Of a stretch of DNA of 64,000 bases, positions 10,957 to 21,262 are shown piece by piece. This DNA comes from a bacterium. GTDB taxonomy: Bacteria > SAR324 > JACQKK01. The notes beneath the pieces are model-generated. The model was given only the letters and a program-made list of their open reading frames with translations. It searched no databases and was not told the origin of the DNA. A program made the translations under genes and the position numbers. Positions within the stretch are counted from its first letter, which is position 1. Each line of letters begins with the position of its first letter. The stretch covers positions 832,001 through 896,000 of the forward strand of contig OZ251219.1 of the NCBI GenBank assembly GCA_965240465.1. The letters are read 5' to 3'.

Positions 10957-13293
10957 ATGACTGAAGAAAAACAAACCTCCTTAGCTGATACTCCCACTTC
11001 TTCTATTTCTCCCGCTGCCAAGACTGAACCTCTGCCTGCATCCTCTGCTGTGGTGGAAGAGGGTGGTATTGTCTTTTACGATGACGATGACGGTGCCGAT
11101 TTCTCTGAGCTGCTCAAAAAGGATCAAACAGAGTTAAAAGAGCATCGGGTTGTGCGTGGAAAAGTGGTGGCAGTGGGCAGTGAATTTGTCACGGTAGATA
11201 TTGGTTATAAATCCGAGGGTCAGATTTCTATTGATGAATTCCGCAATAATGAAGGCAAATTGGAGGTTAAAGATGGCGATGAGGTAGAGGTGTTCTTAGA
11301 AAGCATGGAAACTGCGGATGGGGAAGTTTTATTATCCAAAGACAAAGCCAATAAATTACAGATATGGGAGGAAATGGAGCAGGCATTTGAAGAAAAAAAG
11401 ACGGTGCGAGGTAAAATACTGTCGCGTATAAAGGGAGGATTGGCAGTTGATATTGGCATCAAGGCTTTTTTGCCCGGCTCTCAGATAGACCTACGCCCAG
11501 TACGCCAGCTAGATAAAATGCTGAATGAAGAATTTGATTTCAAGATCATAAAATTTAATAAAAAGCGTGCCAACATTGTTCTTTCTCGCCGCACCCTGCT
11601 GGAAGTGGATAGACATAAAAAACGACAGCAAACCCTAGATGAACTCAAAGAAGGAGCCCTGATCACTGGATGCGTTAAGAACATCACCGACTACGGACTA
11701 TTTGTTGACCTCGGAGGCATTGATGGCTTGCTACATGTCACCGATATCTCCTGGGGACGAGTTGCCAACCCTGCCGATGTCTATAGCGTCGGTGAAGAGG
11801 TTAAGGTGTTGGTACTGAAATTTGATAAAGAAAGCGAAAAAGTGTCCCTAGGAGTTAAGCAACAATATCCTAATCCTTGGGAAAAGGCGATTGATAAATA
11901 TCCAATCGGTAGTCGTGCCAAGGGCAAGATTGTCAGTCTGATTGACTACGGTGCCTTTGTGGAAATTGAATCCGGCATAGAAGGGCTGGTACATGTCTCA
12001 GAGATGTCTTGGACCCGCAAAGTGCATCGCCCTTCTGCTTTGTTTCAAATTGGAGATGAAGTAGAAGTGATAGTGAAAAGTATTGATATAGAAAATCAAC
12101 GCACTTCGCTGTCAATCAAGGAAGCCATTAGCAACCCTTGGGACGAAATCCACGAGCGTTATCCTGCTGGGGAAATTGTCACTGGAAAGGTTCGCAATGT
12201 GACAGACTTTGGGGTATTTGTCGGTCTGGATGAAGACATTGATGGCTTAGTGTACGTATCCGATATTTCTTGGAATACTCGCGATAGAAAACCCACCAAT
12301 TTTAAGAAAGATGATGAAATAACCGTCAAGATCTTAAGCGTAGACAAAGAAAAAGAACGGATATCTTTGGGAATCAAGCAATTGAATAGAGACCCTTGGG
12401 AAGAAATAAACCACACCACCGCTATAGGAGATGAAATAGAAGGACACGTGATGAGCGTCGCCCCCTTTGGGGTATTCGTGGAAATAGATTCAGGAGTGGA
12501 AGGATTGCTACACGTTTCTGAAATGGGTAGATACTCACCTCGCACAGCATTAGGCGAACTATACCCCATCGGAAGCCCTGTTAAGGTGATCGTACTTAAA
12601 CTGGAAATAGAAGAACGCCGCATCGGATTGGGATTGTCTGAAGAAGAACAGGAAGCACGCCGTATGCCAGAAACTCCCAACTCTGAAAATCTGCGTGAAG
12701 CGGTGAAAGAAGTAGCCGAAGAAGAAGCAATCGCAAATAAGGAAAAAAACGCAGTGACAGATAAAGAAGAAGCAACCAAAGAAGCTCTAGCAGATAAAGA
12801 AAAAGTATCCGAAGAAGCAACCAAAGAAGCCGTAGCAGATAAAAAAGAAGCATCCGAAGAAGCCCCTAAAGAAGCCATAACAGATAAAGAAGAAGCAACC
12901 AAAGAAGCTCTAGCAGATAAAGAAAAAGTATCCGAAGAAGCAACCAAAGAAGCCGTAGCAGATAAAAAAGAAGCATCCGAAGAAGCCCCTAAAGAAGCCG
13001 TAGCATATAAAAAAGAAGCAACCAAAGAAGCTCTAGCAGATAAAGAAAAAGTATCCGAAGAAGCAACCAAAGAAGCCGTAGCAGATAAAGAAGAAATTCC
13101 TGCCAACCCCGAGTCCACCGATTCTAAGTTCACCGATTCTAAGTTCACCGATTCTAAGTTCACCGATTCTGAGTTCACCGATTCTAAGTCCACCGATTCT
13201 AAGTCCACCGATTCTAAGTCCACCGATTCTAAGTTCACCGATTCTAAGTCCACCGATTCTGAGTTCACCGATTCTAAGTCCACTGACTCTTGA
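10957..13293 (+). CDS. rpsA: 30S ribosomal protein S1 with long repetitive C-terminal extension
   Basis: Six S1 domains (VDIGYKSEG, AFLPGSQID, DYGLFVDLGGIDGLLHVTDISW, GLVHVSEMSW); C-terminal ~200 aa low complexity. Confidence 0.95.
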   Translation: MTEEKQTSLADTPTSSISPAAKTEPLPASSAVVEEGGIVFYDDDDGADFSELLKKDQTELKEHRVVRGKVVAVGSEFVTVDIGYKSEGQISIDEFRNNEGKLEVKDGDEVEVFLESMETADGEVLLSKDKANKLQIWEEMEQAFEEKKTVRGKILSRIKGGLAVDIGIKAFLPGSQIDLRPVRQLDKMLNEEFDFKIIKFNKKRANIVLSRRTLLEVDRHKKRQQTLDELKEGALITGCVKNITDYGLFVDLGGIDGLLHVTDISWGRVANPADVYSVGEEVKVLVLKFDKESEKVSLGVKQQYPNPWEKAIDKYPIGSRAKGKIVSLIDYGAFVEIESGIEGLVHVSEMSWTRKVHRPSALFQIGDEVEVIVKSIDIENQRTSLSIKEAISNPWDEIHERYPAGEIVTGKVRNVTDFGVFVGLDEDIDGLVYVSDISWNTRDRKPTNFKKDDEITVKILSVDKEKERISLGIKQLNRDPWEEINHTTAIGDEIEGHVMSVAPFGVFVEIDSGVEGLLHVSEMGRYSPRTALGELYPIGSPVKVIVLKLEIEERRIGLGLSEEEQEARRMPETPNSENLREAVKEVAEEEAIANKEKNAVTDKEEATKEALADKEKVSEEATKEAVADKKEASEEAPKEAITDKEEATKEALADKEKVSEEATKEAVADKKEASEEAPKEAVAYKKEATKEALADKEKVSEEATKEAVADKEEIPANPESTDSKFTDSKFTDSKFTDSEFTDSKSTDSKSTDSKSTDSKFTDSKSTDSEFTDSKSTDS

Positions 13294-13360
13294 GTCCACT
13301 GACTCTTGAGTCCACCGACTCTCGAGTCCACTGACTCTCGAGTCCACTGACTCTTGAATC
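12758..13360 (+). repeat. 123-bp units (~2.7 copies) then 15-bp units (DSKFT/DSKST) running past the rpsA stop
   Basis: 123-bp units start at ~12758, 12881 and 13004; 15-bp array ~13111-13290 continues in degenerate form to ~13360. Confidence 0.9.
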
Positions 13361-13395
13361 CGCTAACAAATAGTCCTATTCCCTCTTCATGCCCT

Positions 13396-13620
13396 ATGGA
13401 AGAAAAAAATACGGAATCTAAAAATATCTTTGAAAAAAAGCTGGAACAGCTAGAAAACTTGGTAACCCAGCTGCAAGAGGAATCATTGCCGCTGGATAAA
13501 TCCCTGCAGGTATTTGAAAAAGCGGTAAATCTAAGCCGTGAATGCGACACTCACCTGAGCAAAACCGAACAAAAAATAAAAATGCTCATGCCGCTGGAAA
13601 ACTCTGAAGGCGACCGATAA
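13396..13620 (+). CDS. xseB: Exodeoxyribonuclease VII small subunit
   Basis: FEKKLEQLENLVTQLQEESLPLDKSLQVFEKAVNLSRECDTHLSKTEQKI matches the XseB pattern; ATG at 13396. Confidence 0.9.
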   Translation: MEEKNTESKNIFEKKLEQLENLVTQLQEESLPLDKSLQVFEKAVNLSRECDTHLSKTEQKIKMLMPLENSEGDR

Positions 13621-13857
13621 CTGGCTTCTCCGACTGACATATCAGAGATGCCCCCAATAATAAGTATTACCCGATGCCGAGGGGGCGTTGTCCTTTTGGC
13701 AAAGAAGGTGAAATAGCGAACCACTTGCTTTTGCCGAGGGGGCAAAAAGAGGTAAAAATCTCTATCATATTCAGACAATTACTGGCTTTTTTCTTGCATA
13801 TACAAGCTCTGGAAGGATTTTCTCAGCTTTTCTAGACTTTCTTTTGCTTTTAGTGCC

Positions 13858-16800
13858 ATGGATATCAATCTGCATAAAAATATCAGGCTGATAAGCAAAG
13901 CCGTAATTCTGGCATTAGGGTTGATAGCTTTAGGGATGGGTCAGGCTACCGCCCAGTCTAAGGGAAAGAACAAGAAAAATAATTCCAAGCAGGTGCAATC
14001 TCAATTAGAGAAGAAGCTACTATTAGAAGATGCCGCCCAAGGTTTAATTCCTGATGGAGCCTTGTTTGGTCCAGGGAGTAGTAATACCCAGCTGGATAGC
14101 GAGAATGTGGAAACTTTGGAGATTGAGGATATTGATGATGAACTAGTGGATTTGGAAGATATCATTCGGGCAATGGAGGCTGCCGAGCAAGAGGAATTAG
14201 CGGTGGAAGAACCTCCCGTTGAGAGACCCGAGATAGTTGAAGAGCCAGTGGTAGTTGAAGAGCCAGAGGTGATTGAAGAGCTCGAAATAGCTGAAGAGCC
14301 AGAAATAGCCGAAGAACTAGAAATAGCTGAAGAGCCTGAGATAGTTGAAGAGCCAGAAATAGCCGAAGAGCCAGAGATAGTTGAAGAATTGGTGGTAGTG
14401 GAACCTGAACCTGAATTAATAGTTCGGGAGCCATTGGTTTTTTCAGGGGTTCGGCTGAGGCGGACGAAAGGGCAGCTGAGGTTGGATATTTTGTCTGATG
14501 AAAAGGTGGAGTTTGTGCGGGAGGAATCAGGTGATGATGGTTTGGCAGTGCGGATGCTATTTGCGAGGGATATTTCTTTTGCAAATGGAAGGAAAGAATT
14601 GCAATACAATGACGCCCTCTTGGAGCGTATTTTTGTAGAGAAAGCCCCTGAGAGTAAATTTCGTTTGGTGGTGGAGTTAAAATCTTTGGCTCCGAGCAAG
14701 GTCAGTGCTGGTAGGAGTGGTTTGGTGGTGCGGCTGGATGAGTCTGTTCAAGCAAGGGAATTACTGGGGGTGCGTTTAATTAGTGGCAATGATTTAAGTC
14801 GCTTACTGCTGGATTTATCATTGAGTACCCGATTTTCTTCTGTGTTTAGGCATGGCGAGCTGTGGGTGTTACTGCGAGATGTTAAACCTCTGACGAGCTT
14901 GCCGATTAGGCATGAAGATGGCAGATTGCGTTTGGAGTGGATAAAAAAGCAGCGCGGTAACACCATATTGAAGATACGGGTGAAGAATGAGGAGCTTGTT
15001 TCGCGGGTGATTCCATTGGATAATCCTGCTCGGTTGGTGATTGATATTATAGGCAAGCTTCCCTCATCGGGATTGCAAGGGGCTGATTCAATTGATTTGG
15101 GGCCTTACGCTCGGGAAAGGCGAGGAGGATATATTTCTTTGGATGAGGAGATGATTCGGGCACAGCAATTATTTGAGCAGGGATTGGGGACTATAGTAGG
15201 TCAGCAAGCATTTTGGGAGATTGGTGATATATTATTTCGTAAGGCCCAAGCGGGTGTTCGTAGTGGTTGGTATCGGGTGGTGCAGTTTTATGAGAACGGT
15301 CTGAGGGATTTACCTCGGGCGATGCTGTCGAGATATGGGGGGCGAGGATTTTATCAATTAGGGGCTGCTTATCGGGGGTTGGGTTTGCGGGAGCAATCGG
15401 ATGAGGCTTTAATGCGTTTGGGTGAGTTTTCAGGAGCTCCTGAGGAAGCCGATGCTTATTATTTGCTAGCTCGCAATGCTCTGGAGGTAAATAATGTTGC
15501 CCGAGCGGTGGATTGGTTTAGGAAGATGCGAGCTTTGGTAGTGACTGTATCGGCTGATGCTAGTGGTGCCGCGGGGGTGGAAGCCTTGTATTGGGAAGGG
15601 ATAACTTTGGAGCTGGGTGGTCATCATGACGAGGCTCTGGAAACTTTGGAGAGTGCCCTGCAATTGAACCCTAAATACACCCATAAAAAACCAGCTTTAC
15701 TGTTTGGCATCGCAGAGACTTTTGCGACAGAGGGTCCTTTGAAGGCACGAGGATTTTATACTCTTTTATTTGAGCTGGAAGGACGACGGTATTATGGGCT
15801 ACTTACCGCACGTGCTAGACAGCTCAATGCGGCTGGAATCCTACCAGAAGCCTTGTCAGAATTAGCTAAGTTGCGAGATTATGCTCCTCCTTTGCTGGCA
15901 CTGGCTGCGGAGCTACAAATGGCAAATCTCAGAGCATCTGGCGATGAGGAAGAACGTCAGCAAGCGATTCGGGGTTATCAACGGGTGATAGTTAGTGCTA
16001 GTGCCGATGCCGAATTAAAAAGGCGGGCGACCGAGGGCTTAGCAGCTTTATCTCGGGGACAGGCGGAACGTCTTTTGAGCGAAGGTCGGGTGAGTGAAGC
16101 CATAGCTCATTTGGAGCATTTACTAATCTTAGCAAGAGGGGCAGAACGGCGTTTATTGTTATCACGGTTAGGGGAATATCAATCTCAGCTGGTAGTGATG
16201 CTCGGCAGGCAGAGTGATTGGAAAGCTATTTTAACTAAGCAGCAGGAATTTGTCAGTCGTTGGCGGCAACTGCAATTTGCTCCTTTGGCGTTGTACTACA
16301 CTGCAATGGCTTTTGAGCGTAACAATAGAGCCACCGAGGCTGAATCAGCCTATGCCGAGGCCCTGCGAGCTGATTTTGGTCTGCTGAATGGCAAAGCTGC
16401 CTATCAACAAGGACAACTCTTATCCCGTCAGGGACGCTTTGATCGTTCCCGTAGGATCCTGGAACGCTTGCTACGCAGTGAATATGCAGACCAATACTTT
16501 CCTCAAGCAGGCATTCTGCATGCCTATGCCCTGGAAAAAATCGGACGCTTTAATGATGCTACCAGAGGTTATTTAGCCATAGTAAAACGATTGCGTCTTG
16601 ATAACTCATTCGCAGCCAAAATGGATCTAGCAGAAACACTCTATCAACTGGGTAAGCTCTACACCAACACAGAGCAACATCAAAAGGCTTTTAATGCCTA
16701 CCTGCAAGCCTCGCAACTGAAACCACGGCGTAAATCAACCCCACCAGAAATCCAGCATAGCACCTTCTTAGCTGCCGAAGCCCTCGCTCAACTCGGAAAA

Positions 16801-17034
16801 CCTCGGCAAGCACTGGCTCAATACAAAAAGGCTTTGGCTCAATATCCCAAACATACTCAAGCTCCTTGGGCACATTATCAAATTGGAGTACAATGGATGC
16901 GCTTAGGAAATTTCTCCCAAGCCCGCTCACAATTCAAACTGGTATCACAACTACCAGGAAAACCAAATGCCCTCTGGCGTTCACTGGCTCTGGAAAAAGA
17001 AAAGGATTTGGCTAAACGCACCGCAGGAGGCTAA
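13858..17034 (+). CDS. Large exported tetratricopeptide-repeat protein
   Basis: Signal peptide, acidic EEPEIA 18-bp repeats (~14205-14410), AMIN-like beta region (NPARLVIDI), many TPR helices. Confidence 0.75.
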   Translation: MDINLHKNIRLISKAVILALGLIALGMGQATAQSKGKNKKNNSKQVQSQLEKKLLLEDAAQGLIPDGALFGPGSSNTQLDSENVETLEIEDIDDELVDLEDIIRAMEAAEQEELAVEEPPVERPEIVEEPVVVEEPEVIEELEIAEEPEIAEELEIAEEPEIVEEPEIAEEPEIVEELVVVEPEPELIVREPLVFSGVRLRRTKGQLRLDILSDEKVEFVREESGDDGLAVRMLFARDISFANGRKELQYNDALLERIFVEKAPESKFRLVVELKSLAPSKVSAGRSGLVVRLDESVQARELLGVRLISGNDLSRLLLDLSLSTRFSSVFRHGELWVLLRDVKPLTSLPIRHEDGRLRLEWIKKQRGNTILKIRVKNEELVSRVIPLDNPARLVIDIIGKLPSSGLQGADSIDLGPYARERRGGYISLDEEMIRAQQLFEQGLGTIVGQQAFWEIGDILFRKAQAGVRSGWYRVVQFYENGLRDLPRAMLSRYGGRGFYQLGAAYRGLGLREQSDEALMRLGEFSGAPEEADAYYLLARNALEVNNVARAVDWFRKMRALVVTVSADASGAAGVEALYWEGITLELGGHHDEALETLESALQLNPKYTHKKPALLFGIAETFATEGPLKARGFYTLLFELEGRRYYGLLTARARQLNAAGILPEALSELAKLRDYAPPLLALAAELQMANLRASGDEEERQQAIRGYQRVIVSASADAELKRRATEGLAALSRGQAERLLSEGRVSEAIAHLEHLLILARGAERRLLLSRLGEYQSQLVVMLGRQSDWKAILTKQQEFVSRWRQLQFAPLALYYTAMAFERNNRATEAESAYAEALRADFGLLNGKAAYQQGQLLSRQGRFDRSRRILERLLRSEYADQYFPQAGILHAYALEKIGRFNDATRGYLAIVKRLRLDNSFAAKMDLAETLYQLGKLYTNTEQHQKAFNAYLQASQLKPRRKSTPPEIQHSTFLAAEALAQLGKPRQALAQYKKALAQYPKHTQAPWAHYQIGVQWMRLGNFSQARSQFKLVSQLPGKPNALWRSLALEKEKDLAKRTAGG

Positions 17035-17213
17035 TATACTATTAGCTAACTGTTTCATTGCTCCTCCATTTAGAGTAAAACTACCAAAATGCTTTAATTC
17101 AATGTCTCCTAGCTCCTTATCTACCAAGCCACTATTCCAACCCCCTCAGCTCACTAAAGACAAAATAACCGAGCCAAAATAACCGAGCCAAAAGCAATAA
17201 ACTAAGAGCAAGC

Positions 17214-18560
17214 ATGGATGCTTTAAACCCCACCGATGTCCAAGACGCTGTTCACCCCGCTACTGAACCGCAGCCAGAAGATCGTACCACCTACAAGGCT
17301 TCTGCTATGGCTTTGATACCAGATCTCTTCTTGAAAAACCTGCAAAGGCTGGAAGAAGAAAATCGCATGCTCAAGCTTCGCCTTCAACAACAGCAAGAAC
17401 TGATGAGCGAAGGCTTTCTCGCCTTCCAGCAAAGTGCAGAAGAACTCCGAATTAAAATAAAAGGCGAAGCCCAAAACTACCTAGCTCATATCTTCGAAAG
17501 CCTACCCGTCGGCGTCATAGTTACCTCACCCCAAGGCCGTATAACTGCCATTAATCAAACTGGATCCGCCCTACTCGGACACAAAACCCCCCAACTATTA
17601 GGAAAATCCGCCCAGAAATTGTTGAAACTCCCCCACTCACCTAAAATGGCTATTACCAAAAACGCCCGCCAACACACCATCACATGGCAAACACCCCTGC
17701 ACGAATCACGAACCATTCATATCTCCATCTCACCACTGCTAGGAAGCGGCAAAACACTGGGCTTCCTTCTCAATATGGAGGATATGACCCTCATTCACAA
17801 ACTTAAAAAAGAAGCTCAAATGCAAGAACGCCTCGCCGCCATGGGACAAGTAGCCGCACATATCTCCCACGAAATCAGAAACCCCCTCGGTAGCATCGGG
17901 CTATTTACTTCTCTTATACAAAAAAATCTGCCCCCAGATGATAACAATCAACAACTGCTTACTCATATCTCCCGCGGCGTATCCAGCATGAATCACATCC
18001 TTACCGATTTGTTGCAATACACTTCTCCTAAAAAAATAACACTCCTAAAAAATGATCTTAACCCCTTGCTCACCGAAATCATTGACTTCAATCGCTACCT
18101 AGCTACCGAAAATCACCTCCTTATCAAAACCAACCTTGATAAAAAACCACAACTCATCAATGCCGATAACCTCCAACTTAAGCAATGCCTGCAAAACTTG
18201 CTCCTTAATGCCATCCAAGCTGCCAAACAACATGCAACCATACAAATATCCTCCCAAACTAAAACCATTACTGAAACCCGCCAACTCCGCACCCTAGGGC
18301 TAAGCCAGCCAGCTTCCGTCTGTGAAATACAAATCATTAATGAAAGCAATAATATCCCTCAGCACGTTATTAAGCAACTCTTTGAGCCATTCTTTACCAC
18401 TAAAACACACGGCACCGGACTCGGACTGACCATCGCACAGCAAATCATCCGCCAACACCAAGGCGATATTTTTGCCCAAAATACCCCCCAAGGAACCTGC
18501 TTTACCATCCGACTACCTCTAATTAAACCCCTAACCCGACGCCGAACGGTACTCAGTTAA
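17214..18560 (+). CDS. PAS-domain sensor histidine kinase (FleS/FlrB/NtrB-like, cytoplasmic)
   Basis: IFESLPVGVIVT PAS start; H-box SHEIRNPL; NLLLNAIQA; FEPFFTTK.HGTGLGL. Confidence 0.9.
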   Translation: MDALNPTDVQDAVHPATEPQPEDRTTYKASAMALIPDLFLKNLQRLEEENRMLKLRLQQQQELMSEGFLAFQQSAEELRIKIKGEAQNYLAHIFESLPVGVIVTSPQGRITAINQTGSALLGHKTPQLLGKSAQKLLKLPHSPKMAITKNARQHTITWQTPLHESRTIHISISPLLGSGKTLGFLLNMEDMTLIHKLKKEAQMQERLAAMGQVAAHISHEIRNPLGSIGLFTSLIQKNLPPDDNNQQLLTHISRGVSSMNHILTDLLQYTSPKKITLLKNDLNPLLTEIIDFNRYLATENHLLIKTNLDKKPQLINADNLQLKQCLQNLLLNAIQAAKQHATIQISSQTKTITETRQLRTLGLSQPASVCEIQIINESNNIPQHVIKQLFEPFFTTKTHGTGLGLTIAQQIIRQHQGDIFAQNTPQGTCFTIRLPLIKPLTRRRTVLS

Positions 18561-18647
18561 ACCATGCCTACCCATTCCAAAACTATTCTTGATTGACCGT
18601 TTTTTAATCAACCCCCCCCACCCCCCCCCCAAGAAAGGAAATTAATC

Positions 18648-20081
18648 ATGGAACCGATACTGATTGTTGATGACGAGGTAGAAATGCGTATTGCCATGTC
18701 AGAGACCCTGAAACACTCGGGGTACGAGGTAGAGCTAGCCCACACTGCTGCTGATGCTTGGAAAAAGCTCTCCCAAAAACCCTACTCGCTGGTAATTACT
18801 GACATGACCATGCCCAAAAAGAGCGGGTTAGAACTGCTGAAAGATATTAAAAAAGCTCAGCTGTCAATGCCCGTGATAATGGTAACTGCCTACGGCACCA
18901 TTGATACTGCCGTCAAGGCCATGAAAGAAGGTGCCTTTGATTACATCTTAAAACCTTTTAAGTTTGAGGTGTTCACCTTTGTGGTGGAAAGAGCCTTGTG
19001 CATCACTAAGAGCACTGCCAAATATAATTCTACCAGCCTGCAAAGCAAAGGTGAACCTCCCCTTGCCCTTAAAACAGATGATGCTGGCAAATCTAAGCAG
19101 GATTTTATCACCGCAGATGATGCCACCCAGAAATTGATGGACATGGCTAAGAACATCGCCAAGAGCAATGCCACAGTGCTGATTGAAAGCGAAAGCGGTA
19201 CGGGCAAGGAAATGCTAGCTAGTTTTATTCATCAACATTCGCCGCGGGCTGAAGGTCCTTTTGTGGCTGTCAATTGTGCTGCCCTGCCTGAGTCATTATT
19301 AGAGAGCGAGTTATTTGGTCACAAAAAAGGTGCCTTCACTGGGGCGATCCAAGATCACAAAGGAAAGTTTGAGCAAGCCCACAAAGGTACAATCCTGTTG
19401 GATGAGATCAGCGAGATGGCTCCCGCACTGCAAGCCAAGCTGCTGCGAGTGCTCCAAGAACATGAAATAGATAAAGTCGGTGGCAAAGAACCCCTAGCGA
19501 TAGACGTTCGTGTTATAGCCACTACCAATCGCGATTTATTTGCCTGCGTGGAAGCAGGAGAATTCCGCGAGGATTTATTCTACCGCGTCAATGTAATCCC
19601 CCTCTCTCTTCCTCCCTTGCGAGAGCGTAAGGGTGATATTCCCCTCCTAGCCGAGTACTTTGTACTCCGTCACGCGGCTAAGAATGCTTGCCAAGCCGTA
19701 GAAATATCCCCCGCCGCAATGGAAGTCCTATACCACTACAACTGGCGCGGAAATGTGCGTGAACTAGAAAATATCATGGAACGTGCTCTGCTGATGGTTG
19801 ACTCAGGAAACATAGAGCCAGCTCACCTTATGATGAATGCTGCCTCCATCAAGAAAAAAGCCCTCCTAGCACAAATAGGAATAACCATCGGCATGTCCAT
19901 GCAAGAAGCAGAACGACGCTTGATTATCGGCACCCTCAAAGCCACCCATGGCGAGGTCGCCAAAGCTGCAAAAATCCTAGAACTGCCGCTGAATACCTTG
20001 CAAGACAAAATAGATACCTACCAAAAAAAACTTCTCCTTCCTGAAGAACTGTTGGTGTCCTTATCTGCTAAAGCTAGCTAG
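18648..20081 (+). CDS. Sigma54-dependent response regulator (FleR/FlrC/NtrC family)
   Basis: REC domain (LIVDDE, TDMTMP), ESGTGKE, GAFTGA, FREDLFYR, WRGNVRELEN, Fis-like HTH. Confidence 0.93.
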   Translation: MEPILIVDDEVEMRIAMSETLKHSGYEVELAHTAADAWKKLSQKPYSLVITDMTMPKKSGLELLKDIKKAQLSMPVIMVTAYGTIDTAVKAMKEGAFDYILKPFKFEVFTFVVERALCITKSTAKYNSTSLQSKGEPPLALKTDDAGKSKQDFITADDATQKLMDMAKNIAKSNATVLIESESGTGKEMLASFIHQHSPRAEGPFVAVNCAALPESLLESELFGHKKGAFTGAIQDHKGKFEQAHKGTILLDEISEMAPALQAKLLRVLQEHEIDKVGGKEPLAIDVRVIATTNRDLFACVEAGEFREDLFYRVNVIPLSLPPLRERKGDIPLLAEYFVLRHAAKNACQAVEISPAAMEVLYHYNWRGNVRELENIMERALLMVDSGNIEPAHLMMNAASIKKKALLAQIGITIGMSMQEAERRLIIGTLKATHGEVAKAAKILELPLNTLQDKIDTYQKKLLLPEELLVSLSAKAS

Positions 20082-20231
20082 GGAATAATCCTCATTCATA
20101 GCAGTAATACTCATTCTTCGGGTATGTTTATAATCTCAAGATTTTAGGGTACGCTGAGGTGGGCTAGGTTTTTAGCCTTAGGGCAATGTTTTTGGCCTTA
20201 AGACAATGTTTTCATCGGATAAGGAAAAATC

Positions 20232-21218
20232 ATGAAAAATCCTGTGCAAGTTGCCATAAGCGGGGCTGCTGGTCAATTGGCATATGCATTGCTGTTTCGC
20301 TTGGCTAATGGGGACGTGTTCGGTGCTGATCAGCCAGTGGAATTGCGTTTATTGGAAGTCTCGGCTGCGATGGGAACTTTGGAAGGGGTGGCTTTGGAAC
20401 TGGAAGATTGTGCTTTACCGCTATTGAGCGGTCTGCATCTTTCTGACCAGCCTGAGCAAACATTTGAGGGTGCCAATTGGTGCTTGCTAGTGGGTAGCAA
20501 ACCGCGGGGTGCGGGGGAGACTCGGGCTGATTTATTGTCTGATAATGGGAGCATTTTTGTATCTCATGGTCGGGCATTGGGTAGAGCTGCTAAGGATGTG
20601 CAAATCTTGGTGGTAGGCAATCCCGCTAATACCAATTGCTTAATTGCCTTGAGCAATGCGGTAGATGTTCCCAAAGAACGCTTTCAAGCGATGACAAGAC
20701 TAGATCATAATCGGGCGGTAACACAGCTGGCTAATAAGGCGGGGGTCGCGGTGGAAGAGGTCAGTGGTATGACCATTTGGGGTAATCACAGTGCCACCCA
20801 ATTTCCCGATTTTTATCATGCTCGCATCCGTGGTAAGCCTGCAATAGAGGTGATTGATGAGCTGGAGTGGTTAAAAAATGATTTTATTCAGTCTGTCCAG
20901 CAGCGAGGGGCTGAGATTATTAAGGCTCGGGGGTTATCTTCGGCGGCTTCGGCAGCCAATGCGGTGATAGATCATGTGCGTTCTATGATAAGTGCTACTG
21001 CAGAGGGCGAATGGTTTTCCAGTGCTGTTTATTCCTCGGGGCAATATGATTGTCCTGAGGGTTTAGTGAGTTCATTTCCCATTGCTGCCGATGGGAAAGG
21101 TGCTTGGAAGATTATTGAGGGATTGGAACATCCTCAGTTTGCCCGCGATAAAATAGTGCTGAGTTTTCGAGAGTTGCAAAGCGAGCGGGATTTAGTGCAA
21201 GAGTTGATTCCCGTCTGA
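20232..21218 (+). CDS. mdh: Malate dehydrogenase
   Basis: GAAGQ, VVGNPANTN, MTRLDHNRA, IWGNHSATQFPD, RGLSSAASAA. Confidence 0.96.
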   Translation: MKNPVQVAISGAAGQLAYALLFRLANGDVFGADQPVELRLLEVSAAMGTLEGVALELEDCALPLLSGLHLSDQPEQTFEGANWCLLVGSKPRGAGETRADLLSDNGSIFVSHGRALGRAAKDVQILVVGNPANTNCLIALSNAVDVPKERFQAMTRLDHNRAVTQLANKAGVAVEEVSGMTIWGNHSATQFPDFYHARIRGKPAIEVIDELEWLKNDFIQSVQQRGAEIIKARGLSSAASAANAVIDHVRSMISATAEGEWFSSAVYSSGQYDCPEGLVSSFPIAADGKGAWKIIEGLEHPQFARDKIVLSFRELQSERDLVQELIPV

Positions 21219-21262
21219 GCGGGGCTATTGGAGAAATATATCAAGGGGAGAGAGGATGTGGT

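Noticed and set aside
12159-13550. 463-aa minus-strand ORF
   Set aside because: Antisense shadow of rpsA/xseB, kept open by repeats and codon bias
14001-14699. 232-aa minus-strand ORF
   Set aside because: Antisense to the EEPEIA repeats of the TPR gene
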